DNA of 24,000 nt, taken from assembly GCA_049320605.1 (NCBI GenBank), contig JBMOQI010000013.1:449941-473940 (forward strand). Direction: 5' to 3'. The stretch comes from Pseudomonadota bacterium (lineage in GTDB: Bacteria; Pseudomonadota; Gammaproteobacteria; Pseudomonadales; Moraxellaceae). Positions 16,034 to 24,000 of the stretch are shown here, one piece after another. Made by a program: the position numbers and the translations under genes. The notes under the pieces were generated by a model, which had not been told where the DNA came from, ran no database searches, and saw only the letters and a program-made list of their open reading frames with translations. Each line of letters begins with the position of its first letter. Positions within the stretch are counted from its first letter, which is position 1.

Positions 16034-17997
16034 TCATGAACGCATCCTTTACCAGAAATGCTTTGCAGGCACTGGCAGTGCTTGCCCTTGCCAGCCTCGT
16101 TGCAGGCTGTCAGGAAAGTACGAATATCGCGAGTGGCAGCCGCGGCGTGACCAGTTGCGGAAGTTTGCTGGGCGCTATCTGCGTGTCCGGACGTTTCGTT
16201 GACGAGACCGTGGAAAACCTGGACTACGAGTGCGGTCTTTCCGGGATCGGCACCGTCAGGTCGGTGACTGATGAGGATGGCAGCTTCTCGTGCCCGAGCG
16301 GCAGCATCGTCACGTTCTCGCTGACGCATCCGGAGGACGCCGCCAGCAAGATCGTCCTGGGCTCGGTGAAGGTCCAGAAGCCTTCTAAGGCGTCGCCGGG
16401 CCTGTATTTCAATGTCCTGCCCACCATGCTGGCCGGCAGCTCCGGTGCCGTGACGGCGCATCGGGGGCAGCAGGTTGCCCGCCTGCTGCAGACCCTGAAT
16501 ACGGATACCGTGTCCGCCAGTCTGCCCTCGCACCACATCCTGATTACCAATGAGCAGAAGCGCCGGATCAATGCCGCGCTCTTCCCTGAGGTGTCTGTCG
16601 ATGTTTTTACCCGGCCTGCTGCCGCCGATCCGGCGAATCCCCAAGAAAATGAAGTGGACTATTATTTCGCCGCCTATATAGACCTGTTGCACAGCAGCGG
16701 ACTGCTCAAGCCCGGCAGGCCTGCCCAGATGGTGGGGGTGAGCGAGGCGAGCGCAATGCAGCTCAAGGGGGCCTACAGCACTTTCGCCGGCGCCTATGCC
16801 TCCGGGCCGAGCGTGATTCTCACTGGCACCGCATTCGATGCCGATTTCGGCAATATGGTGGGCAACGGAAGCACGGACGCCGGCAAACGTTTCCTGGGCC
16901 AGTTCTGGAGTCTTGTCGATCGCCGCGGCCGGATGGTCGGCTACGGCATCTATTCCTATGGCCCGCCTGCAACCACCACTTCCCTTGGCTCCAATCCGCA
17001 GGCAATGGATATCGAGGGTTTCGAAACAGAAGGGACATTCAAGCGGCAATGGCCTGTCAGCGGCGACCTCGCCGGGCTGGTGTTTTCACTGCAGGGGGAT
17101 CCTGGCAAGGAAGTCGAGCTTACACAGGGAGTCATGTTCAGAGGGGCGATTGCAGGCTCCGAGAATCTGTACATAAACCTTTTTGAGGAAAGCCTGGGCG
17201 AGACAAAACTTGGCCAGTGGCGGCTCCAGGACAGCAGCAGCATCTACCTGTCCGGCGCCCCCTACTCCTTCCTGCATACGGTGCCTGCAGCTCCGCTCAT
17301 GGACCCCGAGCTCTGGGATACGACGGCCATCAGTTTTCCTGTTCCGCTGGAGGTTACGCTTTACAACACGGACTCGGACAGCTGTGCAGAAACCAAGGGG
17401 TGTGCGATCGCGCGCATTCCGCTGCTCGTGCTTGAGGACGGCAACATTGTCTCGGATATCAGCGAGAGGTGCGGCGTCGACCTGGATCCTGAAACGTTGA
17501 TATATCCGCTCCAAGACCCTCTCCCCGCGCAGCAGGAATACCCGCTGGGGCTGGTCACCAATATCCAGCGTGGCGGTAACGAGGCGAATGGCCTGCGGGA
17601 CGAGTCGGGTGCGCCGATCACGATCATGACGCCGCTGGTGCTGATTCCCAATGAGCCGACCCTTGTTCAGAGCATCGCCACGTCTCCCGCCTATGAGCGT
17701 TATCTTCCTTATTCACAGTTCTTCAGTAACTTTGGCGGTAATTCCCTGCTGAGGGTCGATGGCGGCGCGGGCCAGAAGTACCAGATGTATGGCCTCTGCA
17801 ATTCCACTTATGTCGCGGCTGGTCTATGCAATGTCGATGGAAGGTTCGCGCCAGGTATTGCCGCGTGGATAAACGATCTCAGCAATGCCCGCATTGCATA
17901 TTACGGAGCCGAGGACACTGCGAATGCGGCCGAGGCGGATGCCTATGGCAAGAACAATGACGGCCTGATACGGTCGACGCTGCGAACCTGCCCCTGA
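16030..17997 (+). CDS. Large Cys-rich lipoprotein (FilF-like), function unknown
   Basis: 655 aa. Lipobox LVAG|C with Gln at +2, so no Asp inner-membrane retention signal and probably outer-membrane targeting. It has 10 further Cys, mostly in nearby pairs (TSC..AIC, YEC..FSC, DSC..KGC, YGLC..AGLC). Translationally coupled to the upstream gene. Confidence 0.7.
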   Translation: MIMNASFTRNALQALAVLALASLVAGCQESTNIASGSRGVTSCGSLLGAICVSGRFVDETVENLDYECGLSGIGTVRSVTDEDGSFSCPSGSIVTFSLTHPEDAASKIVLGSVKVQKPSKASPGLYFNVLPTMLAGSSGAVTAHRGQQVARLLQTLNTDTVSASLPSHHILITNEQKRRINAALFPEVSVDVFTRPAAADPANPQENEVDYYFAAYIDLLHSSGLLKPGRPAQMVGVSEASAMQLKGAYSTFAGAYASGPSVILTGTAFDADFGNMVGNGSTDAGKRFLGQFWSLVDRRGRMVGYGIYSYGPPATTTSLGSNPQAMDIEGFETEGTFKRQWPVSGDLAGLVFSLQGDPGKEVELTQGVMFRGAIAGSENLYINLFEESLGETKLGQWRLQDSSSIYLSGAPYSFLHTVPAAPLMDPELWDTTAISFPVPLEVTLYNTDSDSCAETKGCAIARIPLLVLEDGNIVSDISERCGVDLDPETLIYPLQDPLPAQQEYPLGLVTNIQRGGNEANGLRDESGAPITIMTPLVLIPNEPTLVQSIATSPAYERYLPYSQFFSNFGGNSLLRVDGGAGQKYQMYGLCNSTYVAAGLCNVDGRFAPGIAAWINDLSNARIAYYGAEDTANAAEADAYGKNNDGLIRSTLRTCP

Positions 17998-18011
17998 TGC
18001 GGGGTGAAAAT

Positions 18012-18045
18012 GACAAAGCCGGCAATTGCCGGCTTTGTCTTTTTT
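18012..18045. terminator. Bidirectional intrinsic terminator closing the cluster and the convergent DUF934-cysI operon
   Basis: Perfect 12-bp stem gacaaagccggc / aatt / gccggctttgtc, followed by T6 on the + strand and by attttc on the - strand. The hairpin lies 14 nt after the lipoprotein stop and 9 nt from the DUF934 stop. Confidence 0.85.
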
Positions 18046-18048
18046 GGT

Positions 18049-18540
18049 TCAGCGCGAGCGGAAGAGGGGCGGGGCGTCAACGGCGCCCTGGTAGCGAACC
18101 GTGAAGGTCGACAGGCCACGGAGCGCGTCCTCGATGTCCTTGTCGGCACGCACGGCGAAAGCATTGAAGCCACAGCGCTGCTGATAGAAAAGCGTGTCCT
18201 TGATGATGTCGCCGACCGCGCGCAGTTCCCCCCTGAAGCCATGCTGGCTGCGCAGGATGCTGGCCGTCGAATAGCCGCGTCCATCCGCTAAAGCCGGGAA
18301 TTCGATGGCGACGAGATCGAGCCTGTCGAGGTCGGGGGCGATCTCCCCGGCAAACTCGTCCGGCGCCAGTTGAACCCCCTTGGGATGCGGGTGAGCGATC
18401 AGCGCGTCGCGGTGCCGGCGCCAGTCGGCAAGCCTGACGAGCACGGGGCCCGCCGGGAGCGGCAGGCTGCCGTCCTCCTGCGTGGCTGCCAGGCTGTAGA
18501 CGTCGTCGACGATGGCCCCATCCTTAATCAGCTTCGGCAT
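18049..18540 (-). CDS. DUF934-family protein (sulfite-reduction-associated, usually co-transcribed with cysI)
   Basis: The track ORF (to 18798) is an over-extension into cysI. ATG 18540 gives MPKLIKDGAIVDDVY...IEFPALADGRGYSTASILR...FNAFAVR..., 163 aa. It overlaps the cysI stop by 17 nt. The family call is from memory of the gene downstream of Pseudomonas cysI. Confidence 0.75.
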   Translation of the reverse strand: MPKLIKDGAIVDDVYSLAATQEDGSLPLPAGPVLVRLADWRRHRDALIAHPHPKGVQLAPDEFAGEIAPDLDRLDLVAIEFPALADGRGYSTASILRSQHGFRGELRAVGDIIKDTLFYQQRCGFNAFAVRADKDIEDALRGLSTFTVRYQGAVDAPPLFRSR

Positions 18541-20185
18541 AGACGCGCTCCTTGAAGATCTCGATGCCGATGCGCCGGTAGGTGGCCAGGAACTTCTCGC
18601 CAGGGAGGCGGTGATCGAGATAGGTATTGATGATTTCCTCGATGACGTCGGCCATGTCCTCGGCAGCGAAGGAAGGGCCGAGAATGTCGCCAATCGAGGC
18701 GTGATGATCGGATGAGCCGCCGAGCGTGACCTGGTAGAACTCTTCGCCGCGCTTGTCGACGCCAAGAATGCCGATATGACCCACATGATGGTGGCCACAG
18801 GCGTTCATGCAGCCGGAGATGTTCAGGTCGAGCTCGCCGATGTCATACACCCTGTCGAGATCCTCGAAGCGGCGCTGTATGGCTTCAGCGATGGGGATGG
18901 ACTTGGCATTGGCCAGCGAGCAGTAGTCACCGCCCGGGCAGGCGATGATGTTGGTGAGGTAGCCGATATTGGCCGTGTCGAAACCGAGCTCCTTCAGCTC
19001 GCCCCAGAGAGCGTGGAGCTCACTCTGCTTTACATCGGCGAGAACGATGTTCTGCTCGTGCGTCGTGCGCAGCTCGCCGAAGCTGTAGTGGTCGGCCAGG
19101 TCTGCGATGGCTTCCATCTGCGCATCGGTCACGTCGCCCGGCGCAATGCCGGTCTGCTTCAGCGACAGGGTAACGATGCGGTAGCCCGGCTGCTTGTGGG
19201 CATGGGTATTGCGCCTGATCCAGTTTGCAAAGGCAGGGTTGCTGTCCCTTGCCTGCAGATAAGCGGCCGGCTCGTCCGCAAGGCACTCATAGGCCGGCGC
19301 GGTGAAGAAGCTGCGCAGGCGGGAGAACTCCGCGTCGGGCACCGTCAGGGGACCGTCTTTCAGAGGGCGCCATTCCGCCTCGACCTTTTCGGCAAAGACT
19401 TCCGGGCCCAGGGCCTTGACCAGGATCTTGATGCGCGCCTTGTACTTGTTGTCCCGACGGCCATGCAGGTTGTAGACGCGCAGGACGGCCTCCAGATACG
19501 AGATCAGGTGCTGGCGGGGAAGGAAGCCCTTGATGAGGCTGCCGACCATGGGCGTGCGTCCGAGACCCCCGCCCACGAGAACGCGATAGCCGATTTCGCC
19601 GCTGTCGTTTCTTGCGATATAGACACCGATGTCATGGACGGCCGTAGCGGCCCGGTCGATGTCGGGCGTGGCGTTGACGGCAATCTTGAACTTGCGGGGC
19701 AGGAAAGCGAACTCGGGATGAAACGTGGACCACTGGCGGATGAGTTCGCAGGTGGGACGGGGGTCTTCGACTTCGCCTGCGACGACCCCGGCAAACTGGT
19801 CCGTGGTGGTATTGCGGATGCAGTTGCCGCTGGTCTGGATGGCATGCATCTGCACACTGGCCAGGTGGGCGAGAATGTCCGGAACGTCTTTCAGCTCCGG
19901 CCAGTTGAACTGGACGTTCTGGCGGGTCGAAACATGGGCATAGCCACGGTCGTAGGTGCGGGCGATATGGGCGAGCATGCGCAGCTGGCGGCTTTCCAGC
20001 ATGCCGTAGGGAACGGCGATGCGCAGCATGGGCGCATAGCGCTGGATATACAGCCCGTTCTGCAGCCGCAGCGGGCGGAATTCGTCATCGCTCAGCTCCC
20101 CCGCCAGATGGCGACGGGTCTGGTCACGGAACTGGGCGACACGCTCGTCGACAATCCGCTGGTCGTAGGCGTCATAACGGTACAT
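18524..20185 (-). CDS. cysI: Assimilatory sulfite reductase hemoprotein (nitrite/sulfite reductase family, siroheme-[4Fe-4S])
   Basis: 553 aa. Two nitrite/sulfite reductase half-domains. Cluster/siroheme cysteine motifs CPGGDYC (Cx5C) and CMNAC (Cx3C) lie in ..IIACPGGDYCSLANAKS..ISGCMNACGHHHVGHIGILG.. The N-terminus is MYRYDAYDQRIVDERVAQFRDQ... Confidence 0.92.
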   Translation of the reverse strand: MYRYDAYDQRIVDERVAQFRDQTRRHLAGELSDDEFRPLRLQNGLYIQRYAPMLRIAVPYGMLESRQLRMLAHIARTYDRGYAHVSTRQNVQFNWPELKDVPDILAHLASVQMHAIQTSGNCIRNTTTDQFAGVVAGEVEDPRPTCELIRQWSTFHPEFAFLPRKFKIAVNATPDIDRAATAVHDIGVYIARNDSGEIGYRVLVGGGLGRTPMVGSLIKGFLPRQHLISYLEAVLRVYNLHGRRDNKYKARIKILVKALGPEVFAEKVEAEWRPLKDGPLTVPDAEFSRLRSFFTAPAYECLADEPAAYLQARDSNPAFANWIRRNTHAHKQPGYRIVTLSLKQTGIAPGDVTDAQMEAIADLADHYSFGELRTTHEQNIVLADVKQSELHALWGELKELGFDTANIGYLTNIIACPGGDYCSLANAKSIPIAEAIQRRFEDLDRVYDIGELDLNISGCMNACGHHHVGHIGILGVDKRGEEFYQVTLGGSSDHHASIGDILGPSFAAEDMADVIEEIINTYLDHRLPGEKFLATYRRIGIEIFKERVYAEAD

Positions 20186-20454
20186 GGGCTTTGTTCCTGA
20201 GCCTGTATGGGATGGCTGCGAAGGATAGCAACCGGACTTTGATAAACCAAAATGGCTTTTTCGAATGGCCTTATTCAGTCTTTCTTATGTTTGTCACTGC
20301 CTGCGTAAGGGACTCAGGCCTTGAGCCGATTACAAACTGTCGAACAAATGACAAAATGCTGGTTGCCGTTACATGCTGTTGCTAGCATGCCTCTGGCAAT
20401 TGCTTTGGCAGTTGCCCGCCCCCCCAAAGCCCGGCAAAGGAATGTGGTCTGACC
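20186..20454. promoter_or_regulatory. Divergent promoter region between cysI and the GntR-family regulator
   Basis: 269-nt comparatively AT-rich intergenic region between divergent starts. CysB-dependent control of cysI is expected from regulon knowledge, but I cannot call a site. Confidence 0.45.
20395..20416. promoter_or_regulatory. Imperfect dyad, candidate operator for the adjacent GntR-family regulator
   Basis: ggcaattgc (20395..20403) and gcagttgcc (20408..20416) form an 8/9 inverted repeat with a 4-nt spacer, 39 nt upstream of ATG 20455. A second dyad, catgct-N6-agcatg, lies at 20372..20389. Confidence 0.25.
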
Positions 20455-21150
20455 ATGAGTTTTCGAGCTTCCGAAAGTCTCTCCGAGCAAATTGCCCAGC
20501 ATCTGGCGCAGCAAATCATTACCGGTGACCTGGTCGAAGGAGAGCGTATCCAGGAACTGCGCATTGCCAAGGAGCTCAACGTCAGCCGTGGCTCGGTTCG
20601 CGAAGCCCTGCTGATTCTGGCCCGCCGCCGCCTGATCGAGATTTATCCGAGGCGAGGCGCGGTGGTGGCTGAAATGTCCGTTGCCCAGGTTCGGGGCCTT
20701 TACGAAGTGGTTGCCATGTTCCTCAGGCTGGTCATGCGCAAGGCGGCGGAGAACTGGCGCCAGCAGGATATGGAGGGTTTTACCGGCCAGTTGCAGAAGT
20801 TGCAGTCCCATGTCGATGGGCATGACATTGAGGCCTTTTTCGAGGGGACTTTCGATCTGTTCAGGATGGTCCAGCGTTATGCCGGGAATCCCTACATCGA
20901 GGAAATCCTGGAGGATCTGCAGCCGGCCATCCGCCGCAGCTACTATCTGGCCCTGCATACCAGCCGGCGCGAGCTTGAGGAGTCCTGTACCTTCCTCAAG
21001 GGAATGGTGGAGAGCATCCTGCTGCGCAAGGGAGAGCAGGCGGCGTCACTGGTTGAGGAGTTCTGCGCGCATCAGTGCCATCTGGTGCTGGACTCGCTTA
21101 TGCGGGTCAAGCAGATCGAGGCGGCCTGGGCGCAGCGCCACCGGCGCTGA
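20455..21150 (+). CDS. GntR-family transcriptional regulator, FadR/FCD-type C-terminal domain
   Basis: 231 aa. N-terminal winged HTH (SEQIAQHLAQQIITGDLVEGERIQELRIAKELNVSRGSVREALLILARRRLIEIYPRRGAVV) followed by an all-helical C-terminal domain. Confidence 0.85.
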   Translation: MSFRASESLSEQIAQHLAQQIITGDLVEGERIQELRIAKELNVSRGSVREALLILARRRLIEIYPRRGAVVAEMSVAQVRGLYEVVAMFLRLVMRKAAENWRQQDMEGFTGQLQKLQSHVDGHDIEAFFEGTFDLFRMVQRYAGNPYIEEILEDLQPAIRRSYYLALHTSRRELEESCTFLKGMVESILLRKGEQAASLVEEFCAHQCHLVLDSLMRVKQIEAAWAQRHRR

Positions 21151-21204
21151 CACGGACTCATCGACAATAAACTCAAGGCATGCGGGTCTTCCCCATGTCA
21201 GGGG

Positions 21205-21969
21205 ATGCGAATCCTGATGACAGGCCGCCAACGCAAGTCTCTGGGCGAACAGCTCTATGACGAACTCAGTCGCGACATCCTTCTTGGCCGGATCAATGCC
21301 GGCGCCAACCTGCTGCCGGAGCGCAAGCTGGCGGAAACGCGCGGCCTGAACCGCGGCGCCGTCCGCGAAGCCATGAAGCGGCTGGAGCAGATGCGTCTGA
21401 TTCGCTCCGTGCACGGCGGCGGCAACCGGGTCGAGGCGTGGCGGCAGGTGGCAGGGCTGGAGCTGTTGCCCGACCTTCTGGTGAAGGAGGGAGGGCTGCC
21501 GGACTTCACCATGCTCAGGGCGCTTCTGGAGATGCGGGCCTGCCTGGGGGTGGATGCGGCCCGCCTGGCGGCCCTGCGTTGCACTCCCGAGCAGGCCGGG
21601 GTATTGCAGGCCTGCGTCGACGCGATGCGGCGGCGGCCGAACGATATGGAGCACCAGCAGGAAATGATGCTCGCGTTCTGGGAGGCCCTCATGCAGGCGG
21701 CGAGCAACCAGATCTATGTGATGGCCTTCATCTCGCTCAGGCTCTGCTGGGAGCGCTATGGCGCCCATCTTCGGCATCTGCTGAGCGATGAGCTGCGCGC
21801 CACCAGCGAATACCAGGCTATCGTCACGGCCTGTCAGAAAAGAAATCCGGAGCTGGCCGCAAAGCAGGCCGGGCAACTTGTGCGGATGGCGTCGAACCAG
21901 ATCGAGAAAATCGCCAGCAGTTTTCAGCAGCGGCAATCGGTCAACAACGGCGATCTGTTTTCGCTGTGA
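21205..21969 (+). CDS. GntR-family transcriptional regulator, FadR/FCD-type (second, tandem)
   Basis: 254 aa. LGEQLYDELSRDILLGRINAGANLLPERKLAETRGLNRGAVREAMKRLEQMRLIRSVHGGGNRV, then a helical domain. The start could instead be ATG 21217 (MTGRQ...), which has better spacing to gggga. Confidence 0.8.
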   Translation: MRILMTGRQRKSLGEQLYDELSRDILLGRINAGANLLPERKLAETRGLNRGAVREAMKRLEQMRLIRSVHGGGNRVEAWRQVAGLELLPDLLVKEGGLPDFTMLRALLEMRACLGVDAARLAALRCTPEQAGVLQACVDAMRRRPNDMEHQQEMMLAFWEALMQAASNQIYVMAFISLRLCWERYGAHLRHLLSDELRATSEYQAIVTACQKRNPELAAKQAGQLVRMASNQIEKIASSFQQRQSVNNGDLFSL

Positions 21970-22177
21970 GTCTCGTCCTGAAGCTTGCGCAGGCGCCTTC
22001 CTCCTTAACCGGCGTAAGCCATGGAGGCAGGAGGGGCTTTCCGCTACACTCAGCCCGGCCTTTGAGGGGCCTGGGCGCCAGATCATAAGAAACGTGAGAA
22101 ATGGCGCCTAACCTATTGCTTCTAATCTAATTAAATTTGGTATTACCACTCTTTCGAGTGGAGGCCGCAGGACAAAC

Positions 22178-24000
22178 ATGCGACTAAAAAGCATCAAGCT
22201 GGTGGGTTTCAAATCCTTTGTGGACCCCACCGTAGCCCATTTCCCCACCAATCTCTCCGCCGTGGTCGGCCCCAATGGCTGCGGCAAATCGAACGTGATC
22301 GATGCCGTGCGCTGGGTGATGGGGGAGTCGTCTGCCAAGAATCTGCGCGGCGAAAGCATGACGGATGTCATCTTCAACGGCTCCACTGCCCGCAAGCCGG
22401 TGGGCCAGGCCTCCATCGAGCTGGTCTTCGATAATTCCAGTGCCAGCCTGGGCGGCGAATATGCCCAGTTTGCCGAGATATCCATCAAGCGCCTGGTTAC
22501 CCGCGATGCCAAATCGGACTATTTCCTGAATGGCGTACGCTGCCGCCGCAAGGACATTACCGACATCTTCCTGGGTACCGGCCTGGGCCCGCGCTCCTAC
22601 GCCATCATCGAGCAGGGCATGATCTCCCGCCTCATCGAGGCCAGGCCCGAAGAGTTGCGCGTCTACATCGAGGAGGCCGCCGGCATCTCCAAGTACAAGG
22701 AGCGCCGGCGCGAAACCGAAACCCGCATGCGCCACACGCGCGAGAACCTCGAGCGTCTCAGCGACATTCGCGAGGAGCTGGAGAAGCAGCTGCAGCACCT
22801 GCAGCGACAGGCTCAGGCAGCAGAAAAGTATAAGGAATACAAGGAGGAGGAGCGGCTTCTTAAAGCGCAGCTTCAAGCTCTCCGCTGGCAGGCCCTGGAT
22901 GCCCAGGTGGGCCAGCGCGAAACCCTGATCCGTGAGCTGGAGATCCGCCTGGAAGCGGTAATCGCCGAGCAGCGTGCCGCCGATGCCGCGCTCGAAAAGC
23001 AGCGCGAGTCCCAGCTCAGCCTGTCCGACAAGTTCTCCGAGGTGCAGAGCCGCTTCTATCGCGTCGGCAACGAGATTTCCCGCATCGAGCAGGCCATGGC
23101 GCACCAGCGCGAGCGTCTCTCCCAGCTGCGCCACGACCTGTCCCAGGCCGAGCGCAGCCACCAGCAGGCCACCGAACACCTGCGGCTGGACGAGGCCCAG
23201 CTGGAGGATGTGCGGGCGCAGATGCTGGCGCTGGCGCCGGAACAGGCCTCGTTTCAAGCCCAGGCCGAAGCGCTGTCAGCCAGTCTGTCCGCCGCCGAAG
23301 AGCATATGCAGCACTGGCAGCAGGAGTGGGAACAATTCAATCAGACGGCCGCGACGGCCCGTCAGCAGGCGGAAGTCGAACAGTCGCGCAGTCAGCATAT
23401 GGAGCAGGCTATCCAGCGCTCGCGCGAACGCATCGAGCGCCTGGAAACCGAGCGCAAGTCGCTGAGCGCCGGCCCGCTTGCCGACGAGGTGGCCGTTCTC
23501 AACGAGCAACTGGCCGAGGTCGAACTCGAGCTCGAGGCGGAGCAGGAGAAAGTCGATAGGGCGTCTGCCGGGATTGCAGGTCAGCGCGATCGGAACAACC
23601 AGCTGCACAATGAAACCGACAGCCTCAAGACCCGCCTGCAGTCTCTAAGGGGGCGCGAGGCCTCTCTCGAGGCTCTCCAGCAGGCCGCCATGGGGCAGGG
23701 TAGCGGCACGGCGGCGTGGCTCGAGAGCAATGGCCTGGCCAATCGCCCTCGCCTCGCCGATCGCCTCCAGGTTGAAGCCGGGTGGGAACTCGCGGTGGAA
23801 GTCGTGCTCGGACGTCATCTTCAAGCGGTATGCGTAGAGTCGCTGGGAGGGCTGGCCGGCAAGCTGGCGGAGCTGGGCAGGGGGAGCCTCACCCTGCTTG
23901 AGGCCCGGCGCCTTGAGGGTAAGACCAGTGGTGTGGGCACGCCGCTGGCCTCGTATGTTGAGGGGCCGGAGGCTGAGGGCCTGCTGGCCGGCGTCTATGC
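22178..24000 (+). CDS. smc: Chromosome segregation protein SMC, N-terminal about 607 codons (continues right of the window)
   Basis: Absent from the ORF track because it has no stop in the window. ATG 22178 gives MRLKSIKLVGFKSFVDPTVAHFPTNLSAVVGPNGCGKSNVIDAVRWVMGESSAKNLRG, with the Walker A motif GPNGCGKS. A long Glu/Leu/Gln/Arg-rich coiled coil follows to the window end. The antisense track ORFs 22108..23608 are artefacts. Confidence 0.93.
   Translation, partial: MRLKSIKLVGFKSFVDPTVAHFPTNLSAVVGPNGCGKSNVIDAVRWVMGESSAKNLRGESMTDVIFNGSTARKPVGQASIELVFDNSSASLGGEYAQFAEISIKRLVTRDAKSDYFLNGVRCRRKDITDIFLGTGLGPRSYAIIEQGMISRLIEARPEELRVYIEEAAGISKYKERRRETETRMRHTRENLERLSDIREELEKQLQHLQRQAQAAEKYKEYKEEERLLKAQLQALRWQALDAQVGQRETLIRELEIRLEAVIAEQRAADAALEKQRESQLSLSDKFSEVQSRFYRVGNEISRIEQAMAHQRERLSQLRHDLSQAERSHQQATEHLRLDEAQLEDVRAQMLALAPEQASFQAQAEALSASLSAAEEHMQHWQQEWEQFNQTAATARQQAEVEQSRSQHMEQAIQRSRERIERLETERKSLSAGPLADEVAVLNEQLAEVELELEAEQEKVDRASAGIAGQRDRNNQLHNETDSLKTRLQSLRGREASLEALQQAAMGQGSGTAAWLESNGLANRPRLADRLQVEAGWELAVEVVLGRHLQAVCVESLGGLAGKLAELGRGSLTLLEARRLEGKTSGVGTPLASYVEGPEAEGLLAGVY

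Noticed and set aside
9225-17997. Interpretation of the cluster as a diverged fapABCDEF (functional amyloid) operon, a chaperone-usher pilus, or a type IV pilus locus
   Set aside because: Gene number, order and sizes do not fit fap. The subunits lack the Asn/Gln-rich imperfect repeats and terminal Cys motif that I associate with FapB/FapC. There is no roughly 800-aa usher, no PapD-like chaperone, no G|F-type prepilin leader, no PilB/PilT ATPase and no secretin. Only the general logic is shared (paralogous subunits, exported C39 peptidase, OM barrel).
9007-18048. Cluster as a mobile genomic island
   Set aside because: No integrase, transposase, tRNA target, flanking direct repeats or plasmid/phage genes are present. 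The codon usage of the subunit genes looks native and highly adapted. I retain only the synteny-junction observation as a finding.
20191-20385. 64-aa ORF in the cysI/GntR intergenic region
   Set aside because: It has no SD and odd composition, and it ends in CCC. It lies in the expected divergent promoter region and is most likely non-coding.
20394-20416. Sigma-54-like tggca..ttgc elements (tggcaattgctttggcagttgcc)
   Set aside because: Sigma-54 promoters require the GC 12 nt after the GG. Here the GC doublets fall 7 or 13 nt after the first GG, with gg at the required position, and the second tggca is too close to its ttgc. I treated the sequence as a dyad or operator candidate instead.
22116-22164. 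Possible smc promoter (ttgctt at 22116..22121, tg-n-tattac at 22138..22146) and a small hairpin ccactc-tttc-gagtgg (22146..22161) abutting ggagg
   Set aside because: The -35/-10 spacing is 19 nt, which is poor. The hairpin has only 6 bp, and the SD-like ggagg lies 13 nt from the ATG. This is too weak to call without transcription start data.

Overview
High-GC gammaproteobacterial chromosome segment. The housekeeping gene order (DAHP synthase, cysB, cysH, thrH, pabB, then DUF934-cysI, then GntR-smc) looks Pseudomonas-like; this rests on my memory of PAO1 PA1750-PA1758 and cannot be verified here. I can support 20 protein-coding genes. Two are partial and missing from the ORF track because they run off the window: a TPR/GT9-like gene at 1..921(-) and smc at 22178..24000(+). 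I found no rRNA, tRNA, CRISPR array, IS element or integrase. Most long ORFs antisense to these genes are high-GC artefacts. The stand-out is a seven-gene, same-strand cluster at 9225..17997, and every product carries a Sec signal peptide or a lipobox. It encodes two paralogous Cys-free Gly/Thr/Ile/Asn/Asp-rich secreted proteins (each gene followed by its own intrinsic terminator), a stand-alone exported C39-type cysteine peptidase, two outer-membrane beta-barrels (one with a long acidic disordered N-terminal extension, one FadL/OmpP1/TodX-like), a basic Pro-rich exported protein, and a 655-aa Cys-rich lipoprotein. It has no ATPase, ABC transporter, usher/chaperone or type IV pilin features. 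I read it as a poorly understood, Sec-dependent, outer-membrane-assembled surface-fibre system. It is logically analogous to curli and Pseudomonas Fap, and probably related to the filA-F clusters annotated in Acinetobacter. Other observations: two tandem TPR/GT9-like paralogs with mosaic blocks of 100% identity (gene conversion), a perfect 30-bp-arm REP-like palindrome, an AT-rich patch inside pabB, and a tandem GntR pair with a dyad upstream.
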